Source: Thermoflexia bacterium (GTDB taxonomy: Bacteria; Chloroflexota; Anaerolineae; B4-G1; DUEL01). Taken from it: 64,000 nt of DNA. The position numbers and the translations under genes are program-made. The stretch is from contig DUEL01000005.1 in assembly GCA_011192125.1 (NCBI GenBank), positions 1,512 to 65,511 of the forward strand. Reading direction: 5' to 3'. The notes beneath the pieces were generated by a model. The model worked only from the letters and a program-made list of their open reading frames with translations. It was not told the origin of the DNA and did no database searches. Positions 36,853 to 47,293 of this stretch are shown one piece after another (the stretch's first letter is position 1; every line of letters begins with the position of its first letter).

Positions 36853-38640
36853 CTACAAAGACCGATGCTCCCGAACCGCCTCCAGCGCCAGGTCGATGAA
36901 CGCCTCCACCGACATCGCCCCTGGCACCTCACCATCCCGGCGGCGCAGGTTGACCTGTCCGGCCTCCATCTCCCGGTCGCCGATGACCAGCATATACGGC
37001 ACCTTCTCCATCTGCGCGTCCCGGATCTTGGCCTGCATCCGGTCGCTGGAGTCGTTCACCTCCACACGGAGGCCGACCTCCCTGAGCCGCCTCGCCACAT
37101 CGTAGGCGTAGTCCACGTGCCGGTCGGCGATGGGGATGAGGACCGCCTGGACGGGGGCCAGCCAGACGGGGAAGGCCCCGCCGTAGTGCTCCACCAGGAT
37201 GCCGAAGAACCGCTCCAGACTGCCCAGCAGCGCCCGGTGGACCATGTAGGGCCGGTGCTCCTTCCCGTCCTCCCCCACGTAGGTCATATCGAACCGCTCC
37301 GGCAGGTTGAAGTCGAACTGGATCGTCGTGCACTGCCAGAGCCGGCCGAGGGCGTCCTTGATCTTGATGTCGATCTTGGGACCGTAGAACGCCCCGCCTC
37401 CCTCGTCCACCTCGTAAGGCAGTCCCTCCGCCTCGATCGCCTTGCGCAGGCTCTCCTGCGCCTGCTCCCACCGCTCCGGCTCCCCCACGTGCTTCTCCGG
37501 CATCGTCGCCAGATAGACCTCGAACTCCTCGAAGCCGAAGGCGCGGAGCAGATCCAGCGAGAACCGCAGCACCTCCAGGACCTCGTCCTCGATCTGCTCC
37601 GGCGTGCAGAAGATATGGGCGTCGTCCTGGGTGAAGCCCCGGACCCGGAGCAGGCCGTGCAGGACCCCGCTCCGCTCGTACCGGTACACCGTCCCCAGTT
37701 CCGCCCAGCGCATCGGCAGTTCCCGATAAGAACGACGACGGCTCTTGTACATCAGGATGTGGAACGGGCAGTTCATCGGCTTGATGAAGTACTCCACCCC
37801 TTCGACGTCCATCGGCGCGTACATACTCTCCCGGTAGAAGTCCAGGTGACCGGACCGCTCCCAGAGTTGTGCCCGGCCGATGTGGGGGGTGAAGACGATC
37901 TCGTAGCCGCCCTTCCGGTGCTGCTCCCGCCAGAAGTCCTCGATCACCTGGCGGATGCGGCCACCCTTGGGATGCCAGTAGGCCAGCCCGGGACCGCCCT
38001 CCTCGTGGAAACTGATCAGGTCCAACTCCTTGATCAACCGCCGGTGGTCCCGCTTCTCCACCTCCTCCCGCCAGGCCAAGTACTGCCTCAGTTGCTTAGG
38101 CGTCTCCCAAGCGGTGCCGTAGATCCGCTGCAGCATCGGCCGCCGCTCGTCCCCCCGCCAGTACGCCCCGGCGACGCTGAGCAACTTGATCGCCTTGGGG
38201 TTGATCTCTTTGGTGTTGGCAACGTGGGGGCCGCGACATAGGTCAACGAACGGACCGTGCCGATAGATAGAGAGGACCGGCTTCCCCTCCACCGGCCGCC
38301 CGTGCTCGTCCATCCCGCCGGAGAGGATCTCGTCGATCAACTCCAGTTTGTAGGGCTGGTCGGCGAAGAGGCGACGGGCCTCCTCCTCGTCGATCTCCTC
38401 GTAGACGAAATCGTACCCCTCGGCGATGATCTCCCGCATCCGGGCCTCGATCTCCTCCAGGTCCTCCGGAGTCAACGGCCGGGGGAGGTCGAAATCGTAG
38501 TAGAAGCCGTTCTCAATGGCCGGACCGATGGCCAGTTTGGCACCAGGGAACTTCTCCAGCACCGCCTGGGCCATCACGTGGGCCGCCGAGTGACGGATGC
38601 GCTCCAGCCGACCGTTCTCCTGTTCCTTCTTCTTCGACAT
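36853..38640 (-). CDS. thrS: Threonyl-tRNA synthetase
   Basis: TGS/editing and class II core motifs (HRALLGS..., GPKIDIK); start at the ATG 38640 preceded by a GGAGG RBS. Confidence 0.92.
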   Translation of the reverse strand: MSKKKEQENGRLERIRHSAAHVMAQAVLEKFPGAKLAIGPAIENGFYYDFDLPRPLTPEDLEEIEARMREIIAEGYDFVYEEIDEEEARRLFADQPYKLELIDEILSGGMDEHGRPVEGKPVLSIYRHGPFVDLCRGPHVANTKEINPKAIKLLSVAGAYWRGDERRPMLQRIYGTAWETPKQLRQYLAWREEVEKRDHRRLIKELDLISFHEEGGPGLAYWHPKGGRIRQVIEDFWREQHRKGGYEIVFTPHIGRAQLWERSGHLDFYRESMYAPMDVEGVEYFIKPMNCPFHILMYKSRRRSYRELPMRWAELGTVYRYERSGVLHGLLRVRGFTQDDAHIFCTPEQIEDEVLEVLRFSLDLLRAFGFEEFEVYLATMPEKHVGEPERWEQAQESLRKAIEAEGLPYEVDEGGGAFYGPKIDIKIKDALGRLWQCTTIQFDFNLPERFDMTYVGEDGKEHRPYMVHRALLGSLERFFGILVEHYGGAFPVWLAPVQAVLIPIADRHVDYAYDVARRLREVGLRVEVNDSSDRMQAKIRDAQMEKVPYMLVIGDREMEAGQVNLRRRDGEVPGAMSVEAFIDLALEAVREHRSL

Positions 38641-38935
38641 TTCCCCTCCTTGCAACACAGAGTCTCTTAAAGAAAACCCCCGCGCCCCTTGGGGCGCGGG
38701 GGTCTCCCACGCGGTTCCACCCAAGTTCGGCGGTGAAGCGACTCACCGCCGCACTCTGAGGCTGTAACGGGCCTTCCCGGAGCCCCATACTCTCGCCGAA
38801 GCGATTTCAAGGGCCCACTCCCGGGGGGTTTTCCCGACCGTCCGGTCAAGGGGGCTTCCAGCCACGACCCCCTCTCTCTGGGACCTTCTCAGGCCGGTAC
38901 TCGTCCCGGTCAACGCTTTCACACTCTCGATTGTG
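38641..38935 (-). promoter_or_regulatory. T-box leader (Thr-specific) upstream of thrS
   Basis: T-box sequence AACUUGGGUGGAACCGCGUGGGAGACC with a UGGA bulge (discriminator U of tRNA-Thr). Overlapping terminator CCCGCGCCCC-AAGG-GGCGCGGGGG + UUUUCUUU. Stem I region contains ACC (Thr codon). Confidence 0.75.
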
Positions 38936-38940
38936 GCCTC

Positions 38941-38969
38941 ATTATACTCCTCTTTTGCCTTCTGTCAAC
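38941..38969 (-). promoter_or_regulatory. Consensus sigma70 promoter TTGACA-N17-TATAAT for the thrS T-box leader
   Basis: Perfect -35 and -10 hexamers with 17-bp spacing on the minus strand. Confidence 0.6.
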
Positions 38970-38983
38970 CCCAATGGTATAAT
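38955..38983 (+). promoter_or_regulatory. Divergent overlapping promoter TTGCCT-N17-TATAAT on the plus strand (toward repeat A and the zinc-ribbon gene)
   Basis: Shares sequence with the minus-strand promoter; consensus -10. Confidence 0.35.
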
Positions 38984-38984
38984 C

Positions 38985-39067
38985 ACAACCGCAGAGACAC
39001 AGAGGACGCAGAGGTAAACCCTTTTTCTTTACCTTTACTCACCTCTGCACCCTCCGTGCCTCTGCGA
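38985..39067. repeat. Family-A palindromic repeat
   Basis: caaccgcagagacacagaggacgcagagg ... cctctgcaccctccgtgcctctgcg. Confidence 0.65.
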
Positions 39068-39101
39068 TAAGACAGGGCTCGGATCATCGATCCGCCCAAA
39101 C

Positions 39102-39611
39102 TTGGACAAAGGAGCGAGGACGGATATGGAGAACATCCTGGAGATCGCTCGCCAGTTAGTCGTCTGGCTCGCGTTGATCACCGGCGTCGTGTTTACCGCC
39201 CTGCACGGTGGGGCGATCATCTGGACCTTTCGGGATATGCGTGCCCGGTCGCGGGACGTGCTGGCCTGGATTGTCGCTACCCTGATGGTAGCCCTCCTAC
39301 CCCTGGTGGGCCTGGTAGTCTATCTGATGCTCCGTCCCAGGGAAACCCTCGCCGAGGCCTATGAACGCTCGCTGGAGCAGGAAGCCCTGCTCCAGGCGAT
39401 TGAGGAACCGGAGTACTGCCCCGGCTGCGGCCAGCGGGTGAGGTCGGATTACATCCTCTGCCCCACCTGCCACACCCGTCTCAAGCAGCCCTGCCCCTCC
39501 TGCGGCCGCGCCCTCGACCTCTCCTGGTCGGTCTGCCCGTACTGCGGCACCGCCGTGACCCCCCAGGTAGTGGAGCCCGTCACGCCGCCGCAGCAAGAAG
39601 CGACGGCTTAG
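39102..39611 (+). CDS. Membrane protein with a C-terminal double zinc-ribbon (start may be the internal Met MENILEIAR)
   Basis: Two TM helices; CPGCG...CPTC...CPSCG...CPYCG. Confidence 0.5.
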   Translation: MDKGARTDMENILEIARQLVVWLALITGVVFTALHGGAIIWTFRDMRARSRDVLAWIVATLMVALLPLVGLVVYLMLRPRETLAEAYERSLEQEALLQAIEEPEYCPGCGQRVRSDYILCPTCHTRLKQPCPSCGRALDLSWSVCPYCGTAVTPQVVEPVTPPQQEATA

Positions 39612-39619
39612 ACGAGGTT

Positions 39620-39702
39620 TTTTTCACCACAGAGGCACAGAGGGCACAGAGTTTCTCAAAGATAGAGAGACCTCCGTGCCCTCTGTGTCTCTGTGGTTTC
39701 CT
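39620..39702. repeat. Family-A palindromic repeat (full copy) between convergent genes
   Basis: caccacagaggcacagagggcacagag ... ccgtgccctctgtgtctctgtggtt. Confidence 0.7.
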
Positions 39703-39706
39703 TCTT

Positions 39707-41131
39707 TCACACCTCGCCGGTCTCCCCCACCACGTGCACCTTCAGCATATTGGTCCGCCCTTCCCCCCCGAAGGGAATCCCCGCCGTGAGCACCACCCGG
39801 TCGCCCTTGCGCACGAAGCCCCGCTCGTAGGCGGCGCGGACCATCAGGACGACCATCTCGTCGGTGGTGGCGAAGCGGGGGACCCGCACCGGGGTGACCC
39901 CCCAGACCATCGTCAGCCGCATCAGGGTGCGGGGGTTGGGGGTGGCGGCGACGATCGGCACCCCCGGACGGTGCCGGGCGACCATCCGGGCGGTGGTGCC
40001 GGACATCGTGGCAGTGAGGATCGCCCGTGCCCCTACCTCGGCGGCGATCTCCACCGTCGCGTGGCTGATCGCCTCGGTCACCGTGGGGGATGGGGGGCGC
40101 TCCGCGCCGTATAGGAACCGGCCCAGCGGCAGGTGGGACTCGGCGTGCTCGCAGAGGGAGGCCATCGTCTCCGCCGCCTCCACCGGATACCTCCCCACCG
40201 CCGTCTCACCGGAGAGCATCACCGCGTCGGTCCCGTCCAGCACCGCGTTGACCACGTCGGAGGCCTCGGCCCGGGTCGGCACCGGCCGCTCCATCATCGA
40301 CTGCAACATCTGCGTGGCGGTGATGACCGGTTTCCCCACCCGGTTGCAGGCCCGGATGATTCGCTTCTGGTAGAAGGGAACCTCCTCCGGCGACGTCTCA
40401 ACCCCCAGATCGCCCCGAGCCACCATAATCCCGTCGGCGGCCTCCAGAATGTCGCTAAACGTGTCCACCGCCTCCGCCTTCTCGATCTTGGCGACGATGG
40501 GCAGGTCGCTCCCCGCCGCGTCCAACAGCCGACGGAGTTCCCGCACGTCCTCCGCCGAGCGGACGAAGGAGAGGGCAACGAAATCCACCCCCTGCTCCAG
40601 GGCGAACCGGAGGTCCTCCCGATCCTTCGGGGTGATGGCGGGGATGTGGGACGTGCCGCCTGGCAGGTTGACCCCCTTGTGGGAGGTCAGCCGGCCGCCG
40701 ACGACCACCCGACAGCGCACCCCCTCCTCATCCCGGCCCTCGACCCGCAACTCCAGCCGGCCGTCGTCGAGGAGAATCCGCTGGTCGGGTTGCAGCCCCT
40801 GCAACGCCTCGGGGTGAGGGACCGGGATGCGGCCCGGGGAAAAAGAAGAGGAGGTCAAGACAACGACCTCCCCTTCCTGCAACACAATCCCCTCCTGGGG
40901 CAGATCCCCTACCCGCAATTTCGGCCCCTGCAGGTCCGCCATCACCGCGACCAAGCAGCCCTCCTCCTCGGCGACCCGGCGGACGGTCTGGATGGTGCGG
41001 GCGTGGGTGGCGTGGTCGCCGTGGGAGAAGTTGATCCGCGCGATGCTCATCCCGGCACGGACCAACGCCCGCACCACCTCGGGGTCCTCCGAGGCTGGGC
41101 CGAGGGTGCAGATGATCTTGGTCCGAGGCAT
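39707..41131 (-). CDS. pyk: Pyruvate kinase
   Basis: MPRTKIICTLGPAS, MVARGDLG, and the C-terminal regulatory domain. The ORF extension MPSVSLWW is a repeat artefact. Confidence 0.9.
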   Translation of the reverse strand: MPRTKIICTLGPASEDPEVVRALVRAGMSIARINFSHGDHATHARTIQTVRRVAEEEGCLVAVMADLQGPKLRVGDLPQEGIVLQEGEVVVLTSSSFSPGRIPVPHPEALQGLQPDQRILLDDGRLELRVEGRDEEGVRCRVVVGGRLTSHKGVNLPGGTSHIPAITPKDREDLRFALEQGVDFVALSFVRSAEDVRELRRLLDAAGSDLPIVAKIEKAEAVDTFSDILEAADGIMVARGDLGVETSPEEVPFYQKRIIRACNRVGKPVITATQMLQSMMERPVPTRAEASDVVNAVLDGTDAVMLSGETAVGRYPVEAAETMASLCEHAESHLPLGRFLYGAERPPSPTVTEAISHATVEIAAEVGARAILTATMSGTTARMVARHRPGVPIVAATPNPRTLMRLTMVWGVTPVRVPRFATTDEMVVLMVRAAYERGFVRKGDRVVLTAGIPFGGEGRTNMLKVHVVGETGEV

Positions 41132-41144
41132 ATCGCTCACTTTA

Positions 41145-41228
41145 TCCCACCACAGAGACACGGAGGGCACAGAGACTCTCCAAACCCTGAGAAAAATCTC
41201 TGTGCTCTCTGTGCCTCTGTGGTTTTCC
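41145..41228. repeat. Family-A palindromic repeat
   Basis: caccacagagacacggagggcacagag ... ctctgtgctctctgtgcctctgtggtt. Confidence 0.7.
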
Positions 41229-42539
<1,311 letters not shown>

Positions 42540-42544
42540 CTAGG

Positions 42545-42608
42545 TTTCACCACAGAGACACGGAGAGCACAGAGGTTCCCTTTCTTGTCCTCTGTGTCTC
42601 TGTGGTCC
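42545..42608. repeat. Family-A palindromic repeat
   Basis: caccacagagacacggagagcacagagg ... cctctgtgtctctgtggt. Confidence 0.7.
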
Positions 42609-42610
42609 TT

Positions 42611-43708
42611 TTATTCTAACCCCATCCCTTTATACAGCCGGTCGAAGTCGAAATGCTCGGCCATCAGCGATTCGAACTTCTCCAACTTCTCCGGCTGCCC
42701 TAGTCGGGTTTTGCCGAAGACCCGCTCGATGGCCTCCACGGTCTCCAGCGTGTTCTCCCGCACCAGGAGGACCGGCACCCCGGCCTCCTCGGCACGGCGA
42801 AGGACCTCCGGCTGGGGGCGCAGATGGCCGGTGAGGATCAGACAGGCGGTGGCCGTCTCCAGCGCCGCCAACTGGATGTCCGTCCGGTCGCCGCCGGTGA
42901 TCACCGCCTTGGGGGCAGGGATCCGCCGCATCCGGGGCAGCGCCTGGTCCACACTCATCGCCCCCACGACCAGGTTCTCGATCAACACGTCGGTCTTCTC
43001 CGGCAGCGCCAGGAACTGGGCCCGCAACACCTGCGCCAGTTCCCCCACGCTGATGGCCTGGAGTTCCTCCTGCCGGGGGAGGACGCCCAGCACCGCGATC
43101 CCCCGCTCCTCCAGGCAGGGGCGAGCGACCTCGGTCACGAACTCCTGGCTCTCCTCCGGCACCGCGTTGATGAGGAGCCCCAGCAGCCGCTTCCCCAGCC
43201 GCAGGTTCGCCACCTCACAGTCGTCCACCAGGCTCATCTCGTTGCGGAAGCGGATCACGGCCAGCACCGGCACGTCCAGCGCTTCGGACACGTCGATGGG
43301 GCCCAGGCCGATGCCGACCCCCTCCCGGAGCGAGGCCCCGCCTTCCAGGATCATCACGTCCTTCCCCGTCGACGCCTCCTCATAGGCAGCCCGGACCTCG
43401 GCGATCAGATCGCGGGCGGAGCAGCCGCAGAGGGTGTCGCGCAACAGCGCGGGGGTGAGGACGACCCCCACCAGCGTGTGGGGTGGCTCCCGCAGCCCCA
43501 GCACCCGACGCACGAACTCGGCATCCTCGTCCAGCGCCCGCCCCGGCATCGGCTCCCAGGGTTGGGTCGACAGGGGCTTGAAATAGCCGACCTGGTAGCC
43601 GTCCTGCTGCAGCCGCCGCCCAACCGCCAGGCAGACGGCTGTCTTACCGCTGAAGGTGTGTAGAGAGGTAACGTACAAGGCTTTCATTACTTCCTCCGCG
43701 TGCAACAA
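42611..43708 (-). CDS. Pta-N-terminal-like protein (P-loop AAA_26 + DRTGG domain), standalone
   Basis: N-terminus LYVTSLHTFSGKTAVCLAV; DRTGG-type motif ITGGDRTDIQLAALE...LILTG. Confidence 0.6.
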   Translation of the reverse strand: MLHAEEVMKALYVTSLHTFSGKTAVCLAVGRRLQQDGYQVGYFKPLSTQPWEPMPGRALDEDAEFVRRVLGLREPPHTLVGVVLTPALLRDTLCGCSARDLIAEVRAAYEEASTGKDVMILEGGASLREGVGIGLGPIDVSEALDVPVLAVIRFRNEMSLVDDCEVANLRLGKRLLGLLINAVPEESQEFVTEVARPCLEERGIAVLGVLPRQEELQAISVGELAQVLRAQFLALPEKTDVLIENLVVGAMSVDQALPRMRRIPAPKAVITGGDRTDIQLAALETATACLILTGHLRPQPEVLRRAEEAGVPVLLVRENTLETVEAIERVFGKTRLGQPEKLEKFESLMAEHFDFDRLYKGMGLE

Positions 43709-43739
43709 GTGCTAGCAACCAGCAGCCAGCAACTAGCAA

Positions 43740-45851
43740 CTAGCCCAACACCAACCGCATATCCAGCGCCACCGCCCCGCGCCCCTCGTCAAAGACCATC
43801 AGCGGGTTGATGTCCAACTCGACGATCTCGGGGAAGTCGGTGACCAACTGGGAGATCCGACACAGGGCATCCACCATCGCCTCGTGGTCGGCCGGCGGCT
43901 CGCCGCGCACCCCCTCCAGGAGCGGGTAGGCCCGGATCTCGCGGATCATCTCCTCCGCCTCTTGACGGCTGAAGGGAGCCACGCGGAAGACCACGTCCTT
44001 CAGCGCTTCCACGTAGATCCCGCCCAGCCCGAAGGCCACCAGCGGACCAAACTGGGGATCGCGGCTCATCCCGATCAGCACCTCCCGCCCGCCGGGGACC
44101 ATCTTCTGGACCAGACACCCCCAGATACGCGCGTCGGGCACGTACCGTGTGGCCCGGTACATGATCAGATCGAACGCGTCCCGCACGTCCTCCGCCGACC
44201 GGAGGTTCAGTTTCACGCCGCCCACGTCGGTCTTGTGCAGGATGTCCGGCGAGGCGACCTTGAGGACCACCGGGTATCCCATCTCCTCCGCCGCCTCGAT
44301 CGCCTCCTCGGGCGTTGCCGCCAGGCGGGAGGGCGGGACCGGGAAGCCATAGGCCTCCAGGATCGCCCGCGCCTCGGCATCGCCGATGCTCACGCGCCCC
44401 TCGGAGCGGGCCTTCTCCAGCACCTTCCGCACCGCATCCCGGTCCACCTCGAACCGCTCCGGCGGGTGGATCGGTCGCTCCTGCTCCCTCCGGTAGGCGA
44501 CCATCGCTGCCAGGGCCTCGGCCGCCCGCTCCGGGAAGGGGTAGTTGGGAACCCCGTACTGTCGGAGGACATCCACCCCGGCCTTGATGCGGGCCTCGCC
44601 CATAAAGCACCCCAGGATCGGCTTGTCGGTCTCCTGGGCCGTACGGCCGACGATGTGGGCCGTCTCTTCGATCTGGGTCATCGCCTGCGGCGTGACGATG
44701 ACGATGACCGCGTCCACCCCTGGGTCGGCCAACACCAGCCGAAGGGCGTGCTCGTACCGGTCGGCGAGGGCGTCTCCCAGCACGTCCACCGGGTTGGCGG
44801 CGGAGGCCGCGCTGGGCAGGTCGGCCATCAGCGCTTCAATGGTCTCCGGCTTCAGCCGGGCCAGCCGCAGCCCAGCGTGCTCCAGCGCGTCGGTCGCCAG
44901 GATCCCCGGGCCACCGGCGTTGGTCACGATAGCGACCTGATCCCCGGCCGGGAGCGGTTGGTAGGCAAAGGCGCGGGCGTAATCGAAGAGCCGCTCCATC
45001 GACCCGGCCCGGATGACCCCCGCCTGGCGGAAGGCCGCCCGGTAGGCCGCCTCCGACCCGGCCAGACTCCCTGTGTGGGAAGAGACCGCGCGGGAGCCGG
45101 CCCGGGTCACGCCGGACTTGACCGCCACCACCGGCTTCTTCCGCGTCACCCGGCGGGCGACCTCCATAAAGCGCTGCCCGTCCTTCAACCCCTCGACGTA
45201 GATGAGGATCACCCGGGAGTCCGGATCGTCCTCCCACGCCTCCAGCAGGTCGATCTCGTCCACATCCGCCTTGTTCCCCAGGCTGACGAAGCGGGAGAAG
45301 CCGATCCGCCCCGCCAGGGCCATGTCCAGCACCGCCGTCCCCAACGCGCCGGACTGGGACATGAAGGCCATCGGCCCGGCGGGGGGCATCCCCGCAGCAA
45401 AGGTAGCGTTGAGGGGAGTAGCGGTGTCGATCACCCCCAGGCAGTTGGGGCCGACCAGCCGGATGTTGTAGCGGCGGGCGATTTCGATCAGTTCCTGCTC
45501 CCGCTCCAACCCCTCCCGACCGGCCTCCCGGAACCCTGCGCTGATGACCACCACCGCCGGGACCCCCTTCTGCCCGCATTGTTCCAGGACGGCGGGGACG
45601 AAGGGGTACGGGATGACGATGACCGCCAGATCGACCGGCTCCGGGACGTCTAGAATGCTGGGGTAGGCTTTCAGACCGAGGATCTCATCCGCCTTAGGGT
45701 TGATCGGGTAGAGGGCCCCTTTGAAACCGCCCTCTTTCAGGTTGGCAAGCACCGCGTACCCCAGTTTCTCCGGGTCGCGAGACGCGCCGATGACGGCGAC
45801 GGAAGATGGACGGAAGAACGATTCTAGCATACCTGTTCCCCTGACAACCAC
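43740..45851 (-). CDS. ADP-forming acetyl-CoA synthetase (fused alpha-beta, NDP-forming acyl-CoA synthetase family). Start may be the internal Met at 45830.
   Basis: CoA-binding N-terminus SVAVIGAS...; succinyl-CoA-synthetase-like domains; C-terminal ATP-grasp. Confidence 0.8.
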   Translation of the reverse strand: MVVRGTGMLESFFRPSSVAVIGASRDPEKLGYAVLANLKEGGFKGALYPINPKADEILGLKAYPSILDVPEPVDLAVIVIPYPFVPAVLEQCGQKGVPAVVVISAGFREAGREGLEREQELIEIARRYNIRLVGPNCLGVIDTATPLNATFAAGMPPAGPMAFMSQSGALGTAVLDMALAGRIGFSRFVSLGNKADVDEIDLLEAWEDDPDSRVILIYVEGLKDGQRFMEVARRVTRKKPVVAVKSGVTRAGSRAVSSHTGSLAGSEAAYRAAFRQAGVIRAGSMERLFDYARAFAYQPLPAGDQVAIVTNAGGPGILATDALEHAGLRLARLKPETIEALMADLPSAASAANPVDVLGDALADRYEHALRLVLADPGVDAVIVIVTPQAMTQIEETAHIVGRTAQETDKPILGCFMGEARIKAGVDVLRQYGVPNYPFPERAAEALAAMVAYRREQERPIHPPERFEVDRDAVRKVLEKARSEGRVSIGDAEARAILEAYGFPVPPSRLAATPEEAIEAAEEMGYPVVLKVASPDILHKTDVGGVKLNLRSAEDVRDAFDLIMYRATRYVPDARIWGCLVQKMVPGGREVLIGMSRDPQFGPLVAFGLGGIYVEALKDVVFRVAPFSRQEAEEMIREIRAYPLLEGVRGEPPADHEAMVDALCRISQLVTDFPEIVELDINPLMVFDEGRGAVALDMRLVLG

Positions 45852-46015
45852 GAAGTCATCTCACTAGTTCACCCCAAACAACAACCCATCCTGCTCCGGA
45901 TGTCCTTCTAATCATATCCCAAGAGGCCGAATAGACAAGTGACATTCGACACCCCGATGGCCGTGCATCCTGGCACCTGGTCGACTCGCCCCTGTGGCCC
46001 CGTCTCCGGAGGGAC

Positions 46016-46579
46016 CTATTCACAGACAGAGGGGGCACAACAGATCAACCGGGTCGGTGTGACGACCCAGTCCATCCGCTGGTCCCGCTCGGTGCAGGGA
46101 AGAGCATCGGTCAGACAGGCGTCGAAGGTCACCCCCACGCGGAGGGCGGGGGTGCTCGGCAGGAACCGGTCGTAATACCCCCCGCCGAACCCCAGCCGTC
46201 CTCCCTGCGGATCGAAGGCCACGCCCGGCACGAGTACCACGTCGAGCGTGGCGGGATCCACCGCCGGCAGGGCAGGGTCCGGCTCCAGCATCCCGAAGGG
46301 GTGGCGGACCAGTCGGTCTGGATCGTAGGGGTGCAGCACCAGCCGACGGCCATCGATGCGGGGAAGGACCCACAGGATGGAGGGAAGCAGCGTGAAGAGG
46401 CCACTCAGATCCGGCTCGTTCCGAAAGGCCAGGTAGGTCATCACCGTGCGCGCCTCGCGCAGACGGTCCCATCCAGCCAGCCGCTCGCAGATCGCGGCAG
46501 ACGCAGCGGCGACCTGCTCAGGGGCGAGGCTTTCCCGAATTTGAAGATACCGCCGTCGAAGCGCAGCCTTTTCCATCAT
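46016..46579 (-). CDS. 5-formyltetrahydrofolate cyclo-ligase
   Basis: MEKAALRRRYLQIR...VLVPGVAFDPQGGRLGFGGGYYDRFL signature. Confidence 0.8.
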   Translation of the reverse strand: MMEKAALRRRYLQIRESLAPEQVAAASAAICERLAGWDRLREARTVMTYLAFRNEPDLSGLFTLLPSILWVLPRIDGRRLVLHPYDPDRLVRHPFGMLEPDPALPAVDPATLDVVLVPGVAFDPQGGRLGFGGGYYDRFLPSTPALRVGVTFDACLTDALPCTERDQRMDWVVTPTRLICCAPSVCE

Positions 46580-46614
46580 TGCTCCAGGCGAGTGTACCAC
46601 AGGTTCATAGAAGC

Positions 46615-46645
46615 GCAATTCGTGCATTCGTGCCCATTCGTGGAC
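46615..46645. promoter_or_regulatory. Triple direct repeat ATTCGTG (family-C half site) in the divergent intergenic region between the 5-FCL and GNAT genes
   Basis: gcaATTCGTGcATTCGTGcccATTCGTGgac matches the right arm of the 24102-24167 palindrome. Confidence 0.45.
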
Positions 46646-46678
46646 ACCGACTTGCCCCATCCCGATCGTGGTGGTAGA

Positions 46679-47239
46679 ATGCCAAAACCAGCGAGGGAAG
46701 CCGCCGTGGTATCGATCCGTAAAGCCCGTCCTGACGACTGGGAAACATGCGCTGCCCTGGACCACTCGACGGTCACCGACCGGGCCTGGCGGGTGGAGGT
46801 CCGGGAGCAGGAGGGGCGGATCCATGTCACCTTCGAGCCGATCCGCCTACCCCGCTCTGCTCGCCTCCCGTATCCCCGGCAGGGCAAGCCCCTGATCGCC
46901 GGATGGGAGGGGTGCGACCTGTTCCTCGTCGCCGACACTGGGCGACAGATATGCGGCTACATCACCGTCCGCGCCCTCCGGGGCCATGGGCTGGCCTGGG
47001 TACAGGACCTGGTGGTAGATCGGGCGTGGCGGCGGCGGGGAATAGGAAGTGATCTCTTGGTCAAAGCGGTGGACTGGGCCCAGCGCAACGGCCTGGAGCG
47101 TCTGGTCGCCGAGGTGACGACGAAGAACGATCCCGGCATCTGCTTTCTCCGCTCCCACGGGCTGGTCTTCTGCGGGTATCACGAGCAACACTGGCGGACG
47201 CAGGACATCGCGGTCCTCTTCGCCCGGTCGCTCCGTTGA
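46679..47239 (+). CDS. GNAT family N-acetyltransferase
   Basis: Acetyl-CoA-binding motif VVDRAWRRRGIGSDLL. Confidence 0.75.
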   Translation: MPKPAREAAVVSIRKARPDDWETCAALDHSTVTDRAWRVEVREQEGRIHVTFEPIRLPRSARLPYPRQGKPLIAGWEGCDLFLVADTGRQICGYITVRALRGHGLAWVQDLVVDRAWRRRGIGSDLLVKAVDWAQRNGLERLVAEVTTKNDPGICFLRSHGLVFCGYHEQHWRTQDIAVLFARSLR

Positions 47240-47293
47240 CGCCCCTGGGATAATCGAGAGGCTGTCTGTGGCGGTTGATGGCTTTCACAAAGG

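Noticed and set aside
46580-46825. Upstream part of the 269-aa minus ORF fused to 5-formyl-THF cyclo-ligase
   Set aside because: The conserved 5-FCL sequence starts at the tandem Met at 46579. The upstream 82 codons overlap the plus-strand GNAT gene start region and have no homology signal.
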